From Blautia sp. (GTDB lineage Bacteria; Bacillota; Clostridia; Lachnospirales; Lachnospiraceae): 64,000 bases of DNA. Made by a program: the position numbers and the translations under genes. Shown one piece after another: positions 48,041-59,791 of the stretch. Positions within the stretch are counted from its first letter, which is position 1; every line of letters begins with the position of its first letter. The notes under the pieces were generated by a model. The model saw only the letters and a list, made by a program, of their open reading frames with translations. It was not told the DNA's origin and searched no databases. The stretch lies in contig JAETNR010000017.1 of the NCBI GenBank assembly GCA_021772055.1, positions 4,386 through 68,385 of the forward strand. Direction: 5' to 3'.

Positions 48041-50047
48041 TTAGGAAACCTCATAAATCCGAATCTGCCGGTTCTCGGAAGTATACACCAGCGGATAAGT
48101 CTCTGCGATCACGTCTTCTCTGCATTCCTCCTGCTCGAAGGTCATGCCCTCCTCAAAAACAATATAGGTAATCCCTTCCTGTTCCGTCAGCGTTCTCACG
48201 GTTTCACACTCTCCGGCCGTATAAATTTCTGTTGCCACAGCAGCGCGGTAATTGGTATCATACCCAGCAGACCAGGCATAATATGGCCAGCCGCAGTACA
48301 TCATCACGCCGGACATGGTAATCTCATTCATACTATATTCCGGCGTCAAAACCAGATCTTTGCTATCCAGATTTGCAGCCAGCCATTTGGTCAGGCTGCT
48401 TTCCATAGAAACCCCAACCCGGTGCCCTTCATCATTTCCTCGGAGGATCACCGAGAAATCATAAATCCCGGTAGCAGTCAAACAGACTGCCAACACAGCT
48501 GCACCGGCTTTGAAAGCCCATCCCTTCTTCCAGATCCTGATCACCGCATCTGCCCAGAAAATTGTCAGAAACCCATAGGCGATCATCACATATTTATGGT
48601 TCACATTAATATCCGGCGTCAGGGAAATACAAAAGGCAAATATTACCGGAAACAAAAAACTGATCACCAAAGACCTGTCCCGTCTTTTTAAAAACAGCGC
48701 CACAAACCCAAGTCCCAGGAAAAAAACACCGCTCATAAGGAAAAGATACCAAAGCACTCCGATCAGGGACTTGTCCTCTGCTAAAAATCCCCAATAAAAA
48801 GAAAAGGACATCGCACTTTCTTTTATAAAAAATCCGGTCTGAAAAAGAGTGAGCACCACTGCAATAAAAGCGGTAAGAACATAGTCCAGTTTTCCGTCTG
48901 AAAACACGGCAAACCCCATCAGGATCAGCAATCCCCCAATCACAGCTGCACCGTTCCAAAAGGCACATAACCCCATCAGAATTCCCACTGCAATGGCTCT
49001 TCCCGCATTTTTGCATCCCCAGGCCTCTTTTGTAAACCAGCGCTCCTTCATCCAAAGAAGCCCTTTTTCCGGATGGCGGTCTCCCGCTTCCAGCCAGTCC
49101 AGATAAACCCAAAGGGCAGTACAGACCATCACCATTCCCAAAGCCAGGTGTCTCTGGTTTAAATACACGTTAAAATTCCATAATCCCCAGTTTTCATTAG
49201 GCGTATACCCGAGAAAAGCCGTGTTCTCCTTCAGGGCACTCCACAAATCCCCTGTCCTGAAATGCTCCGCAGCAAATAAGAAAAAAGCCACCCCGCTTCG
49301 GAAAAAGAACAGCACCACTGCCCCAACACCTGCAGCACGCTTCCCGGTGATCCGGACTGCCAGAGCATAGAGCATCATCAAGAACCCCAGCAAAAACAGT
49401 ACACTGATTAAATTGTAGGCAAAATCCATCCGGATTCCCAGATATTCCAGATTCCCGGCCAAAAACTGGAACATAAAATGATATTTCACATCTCCGCCGC
49501 CGTAGTGGGGATACTGCGTAGGAAAATTATTTCCCATAGAAAAAGACCGCATCATTGCCGTATGGGGTGCGTAATCCCCAAAAACAGTAAATCCGCAATA
49601 CAATATGCCGTCTTTTATATGAAACATATAAAACATGATCCATGTGAGAAATATCAGCAGAAAAATAAAAAGCAGCCAAGCCATGCTGCCCGCATTTTCC
49701 AAAAGCTTCTTCATTCCAGACAGCTGTATATGCTTTTCTGCCTTTTGTAAACGTTTCAGGCGCATCCAATATAAAATGCACAGCCAGACCAGCACGCTCC
49801 CCATCACTACAAGATTTCCATAAAAAAGGGGACGGCTGTTTCCCAGTATTGCGCCGGCAGCATAAGATACCCCATAAGTCAGCCAGGTAATCACCAGCGT
49901 CCCGTAAGTCAGGGCCGCCGGCCAGAAAACCCAGCCAAAATTCTCATTTTCTTTTCCGGCGGCTCCCCCTTTATCTGAAAAAAGAAATTTCCCCGCCAGT
50001 TCTCTTCCTGTCAAACCGCATAGAATTACATAGATAATACCCAGCAT
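48041..50047 (-). CDS. Multi-pass membrane protein (GT-C-like)
   Basis: GDYAPH, NFPTQYP and YHFMF loop motifs plus many TM helices. Confidence 0.6.
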   Translation of the reverse strand: MLGIIYVILCGLTGRELAGKFLFSDKGGAAGKENENFGWVFWPAALTYGTLVITWLTYGVSYAAGAILGNSRPLFYGNLVVMGSVLVWLCILYWMRLKRLQKAEKHIQLSGMKKLLENAGSMAWLLFIFLLIFLTWIMFYMFHIKDGILYCGFTVFGDYAPHTAMMRSFSMGNNFPTQYPHYGGGDVKYHFMFQFLAGNLEYLGIRMDFAYNLISVLFLLGFLMMLYALAVRITGKRAAGVGAVVLFFFRSGVAFFLFAAEHFRTGDLWSALKENTAFLGYTPNENWGLWNFNVYLNQRHLALGMVMVCTALWVYLDWLEAGDRHPEKGLLWMKERWFTKEAWGCKNAGRAIAVGILMGLCAFWNGAAVIGGLLILMGFAVFSDGKLDYVLTAFIAVVLTLFQTGFFIKESAMSFSFYWGFLAEDKSLIGVLWYLFLMSGVFFLGLGFVALFLKRRDRSLVISFLFPVIFAFCISLTPDINVNHKYVMIAYGFLTIFWADAVIRIWKKGWAFKAGAAVLAVCLTATGIYDFSVILRGNDEGHRVGVSMESSLTKWLAANLDSKDLVLTPEYSMNEITMSGVMMYCGWPYYAWSAGYDTNYRAAVATEIYTAGECETVRTLTEQEGITYIVFEEGMTFEQEECREDVIAETYPLVYTSENRQIRIYEVS

Positions 50048-50165
50048 ATCAATCTCCCGCTGTTACAAACCATTCGTATTTTCACTTGCCTGTATTTTAG
50101 TATATCAAAACTTCCGATCTATTCAAAGTGTCTTCACAGAATTTTTATACTTTTTACACAATCAT

Positions 50166-50951
50166 TCACTTCTCCGTTTCCTCTTCGGAAAGCGTAAGCC
50201 CCTCCTGCTCCAGATAAGCAGCAACCCCTTCCGCCAATGCACGGGCAACATTTTCCTGATATTCCTCTGTCTGCAAAAGAGCCGCCTCATCCGGATTGGT
50301 CAAAAAACCGCACTCTGCGATTACCAGCGTTCCCTCACTTCTCTTCAAAAGATAATAGCTCGTATTCCCTTTCGCCACTCTCGGCCGTTCCACATGAAGC
50401 TCCCTGTTGAGGCTGTCCTGAAGTGCCTTTGCAAGCTTTTCCCCCTGTGCAGAATGCTCAAAATAGAATACCTGCGGCCCTTTCACCCCGGCATCCTGAT
50501 AGCTGTTCTGATGTACACTGACTGTCAGGACAGGCCTGGCATCATTGATCGCCGCAATTCTCCGCTGCATATCCTGGGATTTTTTGCTTTTGGAAGACGC
50601 ATCATACAGACCCTTATCCTCTTCCCGTGTCATAACCACAGTAAATCCCCGGTTCTCCAACACATTTTTCAGTCGCAGCGAAACTTCCAGATTGATTTTC
50701 TTTTCCTCCAGACCGCCGATTCCCAACATTCCGGGATCATCTCCCCCGTGACCCGGATCCACAACGATCACATTTTTTCGTATTTCTCCCTGGTTCATAC
50801 TGTTCGAAACTTCCGCAGCCTGTCTGGATAACACAAAAAAGCAAACCAGAAGCAGACATGCCATCATCAATTCAGAAATATGTTTTTTCACACAAAAACA
50901 CCCTTCGGCATACTTATTAAAATATATGTTCCGAAAGGTGTTTTCTATCAC
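50166..50951 (-). CDS. N-acetylmuramoyl-L-alanine amidase (CwlD-like)
   Basis: VDPGHGG, EK, SVHQNS, GPQVFY, AECGFLTN. The true start is probably further downstream. Confidence 0.9.
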   Translation of the reverse strand: MIENTFRNIYFNKYAEGCFCVKKHISELMMACLLLVCFFVLSRQAAEVSNSMNQGEIRKNVIVVDPGHGGDDPGMLGIGGLEEKKINLEVSLRLKNVLENRGFTVVMTREEDKGLYDASSKSKKSQDMQRRIAAINDARPVLTVSVHQNSYQDAGVKGPQVFYFEHSAQGEKLAKALQDSLNRELHVERPRVAKGNTSYYLLKRSEGTLVIAECGFLTNPDEAALLQTEEYQENVARALAEGVAAYLEQEGLTLSEEETEK

Positions 50952-50961
50952 TTTAATTGTT

Positions 50962-52611
50962 TTATTTCAGATTATCACCGATCACCTGCCAGATACCGCT
51001 GTTCTCAAAACCCAGCTTCCACTCCGCCACACCAGCCAGTCCATACTGGGGAACAAGTTTTACCTTAGCTTCCACAGACTGGGCATCCTCCAGCCAGATC
51101 TGGTAGGTATCCCCTTCCAGTTCATAAGTCCCATAATTCTGGCCTACGCTCTGATCCCAGTATACCTCCGCCTGATTAGCTGCAAGCACTTCCTGGGCAG
51201 CATCCATGCCAATCGCCTCGCTGGAAAGTGCAGCGCCGGAAGTTTTCCACAGTCTTGCATAAAATGGAATGGCATTGATCACACGCTGCGCCGGAACCTC
51301 TGCCAAAGTATCCTGAATTCCCTTCTCCACCCACGGAAGAGAAGCAACGGATCCTGCCTCCTCTGAACCGACATAATGTTCATCATATCCCATAATGATC
51401 ACATAGTCCACTACACGTCCCTGTTCAGCACGGTCATAATGGCTGGTGAAATCTTCGGGAACCGGATTATCCACAGAGAGCACCAGATTATTCTTATGAC
51501 ACTCAATAGACATTTCCCGCAAAAACTGCAGGAAATGAATTCCCACATCTTCGCTTAAAGATTCAAAATCTACATTAATTCCGTCCAGTCCAACTTCACC
51601 TGCTGCCTGGATCAGCTGTTTAATCAGGTTCTGACGGGAGGAGGTTTTGGAAAGCACTTCCGTTGTACTGATCTCCACAGTAAAGTTATCCACCAGGCCC
51701 CACACCTTCATCCCACGCTCATGAGCCATGGCTACATAATCTGCTGACGCAATATTGGAAATATTGCCTCCATTATCCTTAATATAAAACCAGGTAGGAG
51801 AAATCACATTAACCCCTGTCACATTCTGGATAGCATCTGCCAGATAAGCATTGGCTTCCATGGAAGTCACCTGATGCCATACCATATTCACAGGCTGTTC
51901 CATAGAAAGGTACGTGTACTGTTCCTGCTGAAATTCCCGATCTACCGCCATAATTTCCGGAGCGGAAATCTTCTTATTTTCAATGTAGCCGATATAACCA
52001 TCCTCCGTAGCAACCTGAGTCCAGTCCTCCAGGCCTTCCATATAAATCAGCCGGTCTCCTGCCTTCACCTCAGAGAGCACCTCTGCTTTAATGCCCCCGC
52101 GGTAGCGAACATAGGTATTCTTTAAAACAGTTACATTCTGAACACCGTTAAACTGATACTGGATTGCCACTCTGTCAGGTTCCTCATAAACATAAGCATC
52201 CATATCTGTATATTGTTTCACAAAAGAAAGGCTCAGATAAACAGAACCATCCTTCAGCCAGACTTGACCGCCCGCTGTCTCAGCGGCAGGATAAGCAAAA
52301 AGCTCTGACGGCGTTGCATAAAGGATCTGGCGGTTCTCCTCATCCCAGTAATATCTCTGGTTCAGATACGTATTGACTACCTCAAGAGGAAGATACGGTT
52401 CCTTTTCCCCCATGATGCCTCTCTGCTCCAGCTTCTCTGTTCCAAGAACCAATGCAGCTTCCCCGTCTTCCAAATACCCATAGTATTCGTTTAAATCCAT
52501 TCGTTCCTTGGTAGGCGTATATTTCATGATCACATGTACACCTAATCCGATCACTCCTACAATGAAAATCAGAAGGCAGACGATCAGGGCAGGCATGTAT
52601 TGTTTTTTCAT
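50962..52611 (-). CDS. Glycoside hydrolase family 18 with an SH3-like domain
   Basis: ISPTWF, DGINVDFE (DxxDxE-like), IMGYDEH, GVAEWKLG. Confidence 0.85.
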   Translation of the reverse strand: MKKQYMPALIVCLLIFIVGVIGLGVHVIMKYTPTKERMDLNEYYGYLEDGEAALVLGTEKLEQRGIMGEKEPYLPLEVVNTYLNQRYYWDEENRQILYATPSELFAYPAAETAGGQVWLKDGSVYLSLSFVKQYTDMDAYVYEEPDRVAIQYQFNGVQNVTVLKNTYVRYRGGIKAEVLSEVKAGDRLIYMEGLEDWTQVATEDGYIGYIENKKISAPEIMAVDREFQQEQYTYLSMEQPVNMVWHQVTSMEANAYLADAIQNVTGVNVISPTWFYIKDNGGNISNIASADYVAMAHERGMKVWGLVDNFTVEISTTEVLSKTSSRQNLIKQLIQAAGEVGLDGINVDFESLSEDVGIHFLQFLREMSIECHKNNLVLSVDNPVPEDFTSHYDRAEQGRVVDYVIIMGYDEHYVGSEEAGSVASLPWVEKGIQDTLAEVPAQRVINAIPFYARLWKTSGAALSSEAIGMDAAQEVLAANQAEVYWDQSVGQNYGTYELEGDTYQIWLEDAQSVEAKVKLVPQYGLAGVAEWKLGFENSGIWQVIGDNLK

Positions 52612-52859
52612 ATTTTTCTTCCTTTCAATCTGTGTCTTATAACGCATTTTCCGTTTTATTATAACACATCCCAGAAATATTGCATTACATATTTCGACTT
52701 TTTACACAATTTTCACATTCCTGCAGCCTGTACAGGCAGGAATCCTGGAGTCTTCCCCACCACATGAAATGTAACTTCCGCAGGACAGCAGGAATCCCTC
52801 CGCCTGGTTCTGTATGAGGGGAATTTACCAGTCTGTGGAGGGATTCTTTCTCTTAAGCT

Positions 52860-53096
52860 TTATACATCCTCAATAAATTCAAAGTTGACCTTTGCAATCC
52901 GGCCCTTTTCATCTTCTGTATAATCCCGCATATACCCTCCGCCATCTGCAATGTTACAGGCCGCTGCAATGGCTTTCGGATTGCTTCTGCGACCATTCAG
53001 AAAAAGTTCCACTTTCTGTGCTTCATAGTCTTTCAGCTCCTGTATCAGGGGATCTGCGGAATACTCTGCTTCTTTGTCTCGTGATATATTTTCCGT
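52860..53096 (-). CDS. Small hypothetical protein (78 aa) with an ACG at the start position
   Basis: AAGGAGG RBS 7 nt before ACG; open frame (M)ENISRDKEAEY...YMRDYTEDEKGRIAKVNFEFIEDV ending in TAA. Confidence 0.6.
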   Translation of the reverse strand, partial: TENISRDKEAEYSADPLIQELKDYEAQKVELFLNGRRSNPKAIAAACNIADGGGYMRDYTEDEKGRIAKVNFEFIEDV

Positions 53097-53578
53097 ATAC
53101 TACCCTCCTTTCTTTGTTTTTTATGATTTTAGAAAACACCTGATAGGTTCAAAAGAAAAGATATGCTGGCTCCTGACTGAATTTAATCCTGGGAAATTGC
53201 CTCCTGCCGCAGCTGGAACGCTGCATGAAACCTCCGGCAATGACATGTGTAAAAGAAAAATTCTGGGGATGTATTATGTAAGTTGATACCTGGTATTTTG
53301 TTCTTCCGTCCTTTGCCAGATATCTTTTCTTATCCCTATTATACGTTTTTTTCCCGGACATGCAATACTTTTCGTCAATTTGTGAAAAATTTTCGATTTT
53401 CTTTCCAAATATTTTATAAATAGGTAAATTGAATTTCTTTACATTCTATATACTTGTGGTATATAATAAGAAGAAAGTTGGAGTAATCGTTTTAAAATTT
53501 AGTAAGTCATGGACTTATATCCTGATCTCGCAATATTCTATTAAAAGAGGCAGGCAACCAGGAATAGGATGTGATTAT

Positions 53579-54322
53579 ATGAAAATAGAAAAAATCAATG
53601 AAAATCAAATTCGCTGTACACTTACAAGAGAAGATTTGGAAAGCCATCAGATCCGCATCAGTGAACTTGCTTATGGCACAGAAAAAGCGAAAAAGCTTTT
53701 CCGTGATATGATGCAGCAGGCACAGATGCAGTTTGGATTTGAAGCAGACAATATCCCACTGATGATCGAAGCGATTCCTGTTAATATGGACAGTATCATC
53801 CTCATCATCACAAAGGTGGAAGATCCGGAAGAACTGGATACCCGTTTTTCCAAATTTGCTCCCTTTAAGGATGCAGGTCAGACAGAAACCATTCAGTTTG
53901 ACGGCGCTGATAACATTATTGACATTTTCCAGAAGCTCTGTGAAGCGAAACTTAAGAATCTTACAAAGAAACAGACATCCGAGGAAGAACCCAAAGACCC
54001 GGAGGCAGCTAAGGAGGAAGTTCCTGTCAATCTGACACGGCTGTATACCTTCCGTTATCTGGACGACGTTATTTCTGCATCTCAGGGGCTGAACGGCTTT
54101 TTCACAGGGGAGAATACCCTTTATAAGGACAGTGCAGACGGCAGATACCAGCTCGTGATCCGCCAGTCCTCCTGTACGCCCGAAGAATTTAACAAAGTTT
54201 GCAATATTCTTTCGGAATACGGCACCGGAAAAGCCTTTTCTCCTTCCGGCGAAGCATACTTAAAAGAACACGGAGAATTGCTCACAGAGACAGCTCTCCA
54301 GAATCTTTCTCAGCTTTCATAG
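53579..54322 (+). CDS. mecA: Adaptor protein MecA
   Basis: MKIEKINENQIRCTLTREDL, PLMIEAIP, LIITK, ILSEYG, YLKEHG. Confidence 0.85.
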   Translation: MKIEKINENQIRCTLTREDLESHQIRISELAYGTEKAKKLFRDMMQQAQMQFGFEADNIPLMIEAIPVNMDSIILIITKVEDPEELDTRFSKFAPFKDAGQTETIQFDGADNIIDIFQKLCEAKLKNLTKKQTSEEEPKDPEAAKEEVPVNLTRLYTFRYLDDVISASQGLNGFFTGENTLYKDSADGRYQLVIRQSSCTPEEFNKVCNILSEYGTGKAFSPSGEAYLKEHGELLTETALQNLSQLS

Positions 54323-54411
54323 CTTATCAGCATAAGAGGAAAACCCTGCTGGCTTTCCTTCAGATATGCAAAAGACTGGCACAAGGCCAGTCTTTTATTT
54401 TTAATCAGATA

Positions 54412-54612
54412 TTATTCTCCAAGAAAATCGTTGATCTGCTGAACCAGGATATCCGCGTCAATCCCGTGTACCATAGCAGCTTCCTCAAGGGATTCCATCT
54501 GGGAAGACGGGCATCCAATACAGTGCATTCCTGCACGCATCAGAATCGGTACGATGTTCGGATCTAATTTAATCAACTGGCCAATCAGCATGCTTTTTGT
54601 TACTTTTGCCAT
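54412..54612 (-). CDS. DUF1858 domain protein
   Basis: GMHCIGCPSSQMESLEEAAMVHG. Confidence 0.85.
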   Translation of the reverse strand: MAKVTKSMLIGQLIKLDPNIVPILMRAGMHCIGCPSSQMESLEEAAMVHGIDADILVQQINDFLGE

Positions 54613-54779
54613 TTTGCTTTCCTCCTTATCTGTTCTTTACACATTATAATACGAATCCACCTAAGAATCAACGGGCAGATTCTAAAATTATGTTTATAAT
54701 TTTGTACTTGTAATCCTGAGGAAGATATATTAGAATGTTGTTAGAACCTGAACAAGGTACTAAAGAAGTTCTATAATAA

Positions 54780-54965
<186 letters not shown>

Positions 54966-55025
54966 TCGATACCGTTCACCCCTGTGGTGTAGACAGTAAC
55001 GATTGTTTTACTTTTACAAATCTTT

Positions 55026-55052
55026 AGGAGCTGCCATATGGCAGCTCCTTTT
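55026..55052. terminator. Intrinsic terminator
   Basis: aggagctgccat/atggcagctcct followed by a T-run. Confidence 0.85.
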
Positions 55053-55110
55053 GTGTGTTCATCTTATTTCTGTATCTTTTTCCGTATGTGGCTGCAGTGC
55101 CGAAGCTGCT

Positions 55111-55656
55111 TCAGGAATGTCTTGACTTTTTCCTGCTTTTTTTGTCTGCAGCAGCCGCTGCTGCCTCCCGTCTTGCCATCTGCTGTCTCCGAATTGCCAG
55201 ATCAAGAGAGCGACACCGCTCTTCTTCTTCGTTTTTGGATTGCATTTCCTGGGCAATGAGTCGTTCCAGAATAGACTGGAATTCCAGGATCTTTTCATTT
55301 TCTACCCATACGAAGGGGTTTTCATCCTTTCGCTCTGTCTCCTGCCGGGCAAAATTTCCAGCAGTATCCTCCAAAATCTCTTCTCCTGTTTCCAAAAGCT
55401 TGATCTTGCTTGTGGAGCTGCCGGGAGCAGAACGGGAAATCTGGGGAACCAGTTCCTTGATGGCACGAAGCTGCAAGCCACGTTTCTTCAGTTCTTTAAT
55501 ATTCATAAATAACTGGATATCATATCTGGTGTAGTAGCGGTGCCCAAGCTCGTTTCTCTGAATCTGCAGCTCCAGTTCATCCTCCCAGTAACGCAGAACA
55601 TAGGATTTCACTCCTGTCATTTCTGCGGCCTGCGTGACGGTGTACTTTGGTTCCAT
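55111..55656 (-). CDS. MerR-family HTH protein
   Basis: YTVTQAAEMTGVKSYVLRYWE...RNELGHRYY. Confidence 0.85.
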   Translation of the reverse strand: MEPKYTVTQAAEMTGVKSYVLRYWEDELELQIQRNELGHRYYTRYDIQLFMNIKELKKRGLQLRAIKELVPQISRSAPGSSTSKIKLLETGEEILEDTAGNFARQETERKDENPFVWVENEKILEFQSILERLIAQEMQSKNEEEERCRSLDLAIRRQQMARREAAAAAADKKSRKKSRHS

Positions 55657-55771
55657 ACTACCCCTCCTTATGAAATTCATTATTACTATTATAGCGCAGA
55701 GGGGAAGGAGAATGCAATAAAAAACGGTCGACATAATCCGGGCGTTTGCTGCAAAAAAGCCACACATTTCT

Positions 55772-57100
55772 TTATTTTTTCATATTTACAAACTGTGTAT
55801 ATCTTGGTAGCCAAACCAGTTCCACGGTTCCGATCGGACCGTTTCTCTGTTTGGCAATGATGATTTCCGCAATATCCTTCTTTTCCGTGTCTTTATGATA
55901 ATAATCATCACGGTAAATAAACATAACCACATCGGCATCCTGTTCGATCGCTCCGGATTCCCTAAGGTCAGAAAGCATAGGGCGATGATCAGGTCTCTGC
56001 TCTACTGCACGGCTCAGCTGGGAAAGAGCAAGTACAGGCACATCCAGTTCTCTGGCCAGAGCCTTCAGGGATCTGGAAATATCCGAAATTTCCTGCTGCC
56101 TGGATTCGCTTTTTCCGCTTCCGCTCATAAGCTGAAGATAATCGATCATGATAATTCCAAGATTATGCTCCAGTTTATATTTTCTGCATTTGGATCGCAG
56201 CTCTGCGATGGAAATACCGGGGGTATCATCAATGATCAGGTTGGAACGCCCGATAATATCTGCCCCTTCCACCAGCTTTGTCCAGTCCTCATCTTTCAGA
56301 TTACCGGTACGCATGTTCTGGGAATCCACATGGGACTCCATGGCAAGAAGACGATTTACCAGCTGTTCCTTGGACATTTCAAGGCTGAATATGGCAACGG
56401 TTACATCCTTCCGGAACGCCATATACTGGGCAATATTCAGCACAAACGCTGTTTTTCCCATGGAGGGACGGGCTGCGATCAGCACCAGGTCAGACCCGTG
56501 CATACCGGAGGTTTTATAATCCAGGTCCACAAAGCCTGTGGGAATCCCTGTTACGCTTCCCTTCAGCTTGGACGCTTTTTCGATATTATTGATGGCATTC
56601 AGCACAACCTGCTGAATCGGCACAAACTCTCCGCCGACACTTCTCTGCAGAATGTTAAACAGTTTCTTTTCTGCCTCTTCCAGAATCATTTCCGTACTGT
56701 CTTTTTCCAGATAGCAGGTATTGGCCACCTCTTCCGTCGCTTTGATCAGGCGGCGGAGATGGGACTTTTCGCTGACAATATTGGCATAATATTTCACATT
56801 GGCCGAGGTAGGGACTGCTGCGATCAGCTCCCGCACGTATTCCATGCTGCTGATATCCGGGGGCAGTTCTTTTTCTTTCAAACGGTTCTGGAGGGTGATC
56901 AGGTCCACCGGCTTCCCTTCATTACAAAGCTCCACCATAGCATCAAAAATAATCCCGTACTGATTCTGGTAAAAATCATCACTGGTCAAAATCTCTGATG
57001 CAACCATAATGGCATCCCTATCCAGGATCATAGAGCCGATTACCGACTGCTCCGCCTCAATACTATGGGGCAGTATTCGTTTGATCAGGGCTTCGTCCAT
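55772..57100 (-). CDS. dnaB: Replicative DNA helicase
   Basis: PHSIEAEQSVIG, ARPSMGKT, FSLEM, IDYLQL, SDLRESGAIEQDAD. Confidence 0.97.
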   Translation of the reverse strand: MDEALIKRILPHSIEAEQSVIGSMILDRDAIMVASEILTSDDFYQNQYGIIFDAMVELCNEGKPVDLITLQNRLKEKELPPDISSMEYVRELIAAVPTSANVKYYANIVSEKSHLRRLIKATEEVANTCYLEKDSTEMILEEAEKKLFNILQRSVGGEFVPIQQVVLNAINNIEKASKLKGSVTGIPTGFVDLDYKTSGMHGSDLVLIAARPSMGKTAFVLNIAQYMAFRKDVTVAIFSLEMSKEQLVNRLLAMESHVDSQNMRTGNLKDEDWTKLVEGADIIGRSNLIIDDTPGISIAELRSKCRKYKLEHNLGIIMIDYLQLMSGSGKSESRQQEISDISRSLKALARELDVPVLALSQLSRAVEQRPDHRPMLSDLRESGAIEQDADVVMFIYRDDYYHKDTEKKDIAEIIIAKQRNGPIGTVELVWLPRYTQFVNMKK

Positions 57101-57102
57101 AT

Positions 57103-57549
57103 TTATGCTTCCTTAATCCATACCTTCAGGTTTCCTGTTACCTTCGGATGCAGACGCACCGGAACCTGTGTCACACCAAGATTCTTGATAGGGCTTGGCA
57201 GCTGCAGCTTCTTTTTATCAATATCCAGATTCAACTGAGCCTTTGCTGCTTCGGAAATTTCCTTTGTGGATATAGAACCAAAAGTTCTTCCGCCCTCTCC
57301 TACTTTCAATGTGAGGATAATCTCTTTTGTTTCCAGCTCTTTCGCAAAAGCCCGGGCAGCTTCCAGATTTTCCTGGGCAACCTTTTCCGCATTGGCTTTC
57401 TGCAGTTTCAGATCATTCAAATTCTTTGGAGTTGCTTCCAGCCCCAGTTTTTTCGGCAGAATCATATTGCGCGCATATCCGTCGCTAACATTCACGATCT
57501 CTCCCTTTTTTCCTAATGCTTTTACATCTTCTAATAAAATTACTTTCAT
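57103..57549 (-). CDS. rplI: 50S ribosomal protein L9
   Basis: [28 protein letters not shown]. Confidence 0.97.
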   Translation of the reverse strand: MKVILLEDVKALGKKGEIVNVSDGYARNMILPKKLGLEATPKNLNDLKLQKANAEKVAQENLEAARAFAKELETKEIILTLKVGEGGRTFGSISTKEISEAAKAQLNLDIDKKKLQLPSPIKNLGVTQVPVRLHPKVTGNLKVWIKEA

Positions 57550-59600
57550 TTTGAAATATCTCCTTCCTGGTATAACTCGTCTATAATTGATTTCAGCATT
57601 TCTTCCACATCTTCCAAAGATGCCCTTACCTGGGCTCCCGCAATATTAATGTGACCGCCGCCGCCCATTTTCTCCATCAGAACCTGAACATTTACTTCAT
57701 CAATGGCTCTGGCACTGATATACACTTCCTGATTGTAGCTTGTAAGTACAAAAGATGCTTTCACACCTGCGATGTTCAAAAGCTCGTTGGCAGCCTGGGC
57801 GCCTACGACCGTAGGACTTTCCAAACCTTCGCTTGGACATTTGGCAATGGCAAAATAATCCCTGTAAATATCAGCTGTACGTACTGCCTCTGCCCTTGCT
57901 TTATAGGAATCAATATTATCCCGCAGCAGCTTACGCACCCTTGTCATATCTGCTCCGCTGCGCCGCAGGAACGCTGCCGCTTCAAAAGTACGCACCCCTG
58001 CACGGGTGATAAAATTATTGGTATCGATCACAATGCCTGCGTAAATACAGTCTGCCTCAATATTCCTAAGACGCAGATCATCTGAAAAATACTGCAGGAT
58101 TTCCGCAACCATCTCACAGGTAGAGGATGCATAGGGCTCTACATAGGACAGCACCGCATTCTCGATTACTTCATTTCCCCGCCTGTGATGGTCCAGTACC
58201 ACGATCGTTCTGGTCATGTAAAGAAGCTCCTGGCACTCCGTATAGCTTGGTTTATTGGTATCCACCACAATTACAACAGTGTTATTATCTACCAGCTCCT
58301 TCGCCTGCTCCTTGTCCACAAACATAGACGGCTCATAATCCGGATTATTCATATAGCCTGCCATCAAAGGACGAATGGAAGTGGACGGGTCATTCACTAC
58401 AATATGCACTGTCTTACCGAGAGTCCTGCCTGCACGGTAAATACCGATAGCCGCTCCCAGGGCATCTACATCCGTGATCTTATGTCCCATAACCACTACC
58501 CGGTCCTTGGAACTCATAAACTCCTTCAGAGCCTGGGCCTTCACTCTTGCTTTCACACGGGTAGTTTTCTCCATTTGCTGAGCCTTGCCGCCAAAATAGG
58601 TGATGCTGTTGCCGTTCTTGATCACCACCTGGTCACCGCCCCGTCCAAGAGCCATTTCTATAGCGATTCTGGAATATTCATAATTCTGTAAATAAGTAGA
58701 TGCATTAAGTCCGATACCAATACTCAATGTCACAGCCATTTCATTGCCGATGTTGACAGTCTTAACTTCATCCAGAATGTGAAAGCGCTGTTCCTTCAAC
58801 GCTTCCAGCGAACTCTGACGCATAAGGAGAAGGTACTTGTCCTTTTCAAGCTTGCGCACAAGACCATCAAAGTTGGAAAAATACTTTGTGATTTTCCTGT
58901 CGATCAGTGCAATGAGCAAAGAACGCCTTACATCTTCAACGCTCTCCAACGCTTCCTCATAGTTATCCAGATAGGCAAGGGCAATTACCAGCTTGTTGTC
59001 TTCAATCTTCTGGATATACTCTTTTAGTTCAGTCTCATCATACAGATGTATTGTAAGCAGACTGATTTTTTCTGAAGTCCCCTCCAGCATCTCCGCCTGA
59101 TCCACCACATCTTTTAAAGAAACTCTCTGTATAGATGCCCGGTACATCCGCTCCTGGAACTGCGTACTAAGCTCCTTATGCGAGCTTCCTTCTATACCCG
59201 GCAGCTTATCTGCTGTAATATCCTGAAAAATCGTGCTGATATTTTTTTTATAATACTGATTTTTCCCCGTAATCTTTGCAAAAAGCTTGTTCGTCCAGAT
59301 AAGGCAGCCATCCATATCCATAATCGCATAAGGAAGCGGCAGTTCATCCAGCATCCGCTTCTCTAGCAGGTCATATTGATTGGCAAAGGCGATCAGCTCA
59401 TTCATGATCTTCGGTTTGCTTCTCCGAAATAAAAGCACGGCAATCCCGATGTAAACCAGAATTCCAACAGATACCAACAGACCTGATCTCACATCTACCA
59501 GGTAAACCAGCACATTCATCCCGATCAGCAGGAGGGACAAATACAATGGCCACTGTACAAAACGTCCCATCCGCCCTTTTAGTTTTAATCTATCATCCAT
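57546..59600 (-). CDS. gdpP: Cyclic-di-AMP phosphodiesterase (GdpP/YybT, DHH family)
   Basis: Two TM helices, degenerate GGDEF (RGGDQ), DHH and GGGH motifs; synteny with rplI-dnaB. Confidence 0.92.
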   Translation of the reverse strand: MDDRLKLKGRMGRFVQWPLYLSLLLIGMNVLVYLVDVRSGLLVSVGILVYIGIAVLLFRRSKPKIMNELIAFANQYDLLEKRMLDELPLPYAIMDMDGCLIWTNKLFAKITGKNQYYKKNISTIFQDITADKLPGIEGSSHKELSTQFQERMYRASIQRVSLKDVVDQAEMLEGTSEKISLLTIHLYDETELKEYIQKIEDNKLVIALAYLDNYEEALESVEDVRRSLLIALIDRKITKYFSNFDGLVRKLEKDKYLLLMRQSSLEALKEQRFHILDEVKTVNIGNEMAVTLSIGIGLNASTYLQNYEYSRIAIEMALGRGGDQVVIKNGNSITYFGGKAQQMEKTTRVKARVKAQALKEFMSSKDRVVVMGHKITDVDALGAAIGIYRAGRTLGKTVHIVVNDPSTSIRPLMAGYMNNPDYEPSMFVDKEQAKELVDNNTVVIVVDTNKPSYTECQELLYMTRTIVVLDHHRRGNEVIENAVLSYVEPYASSTCEMVAEILQYFSDDLRLRNIEADCIYAGIVIDTNNFITRAGVRTFEAAAFLRRSGADMTRVRKLLRDNIDSYKARAEAVRTADIYRDYFAIAKCPSEGLESPTVVGAQAANELLNIAGVKASFVLTSYNQEVYISARAIDEVNVQVLMEKMGGGGHINIAGAQVRASLEDVEEMLKSIIDELYQEGDISK

Positions 59601-59717
59601 ATTTCTTACCGTTCTGAAAGCAAATTGACAAGCAACTATTTGTTATTATACCAGATTTGTGCAAATATTACCATATGAACCTACAAAAAAGTTGCCTGTA
59701 TCACCTGTCAGGCTATA

Positions 59718-59763
59718 GAAAAAAGCCTTTAAACACCAGATAATCCGGTATTTAAAGGCTTTC
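59718..59763 (-). terminator. Terminator of the rpsF-ssb-rpsR operon
   Basis: aaaagcctttaaa ... tttaaaggctttt. Confidence 0.8.
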
Positions 59764-59791
59764 TGTTCATTCATGCTTTACCTTTCGACAA

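Noticed and set aside
53409-53420. 12-nt match (ATATTTTATAAA) to guide 1 upstream of mecA
   Set aside because: It is purely A/T and low complexity, the guide's first position mismatches, and no TAM is known, so it is expected by chance.
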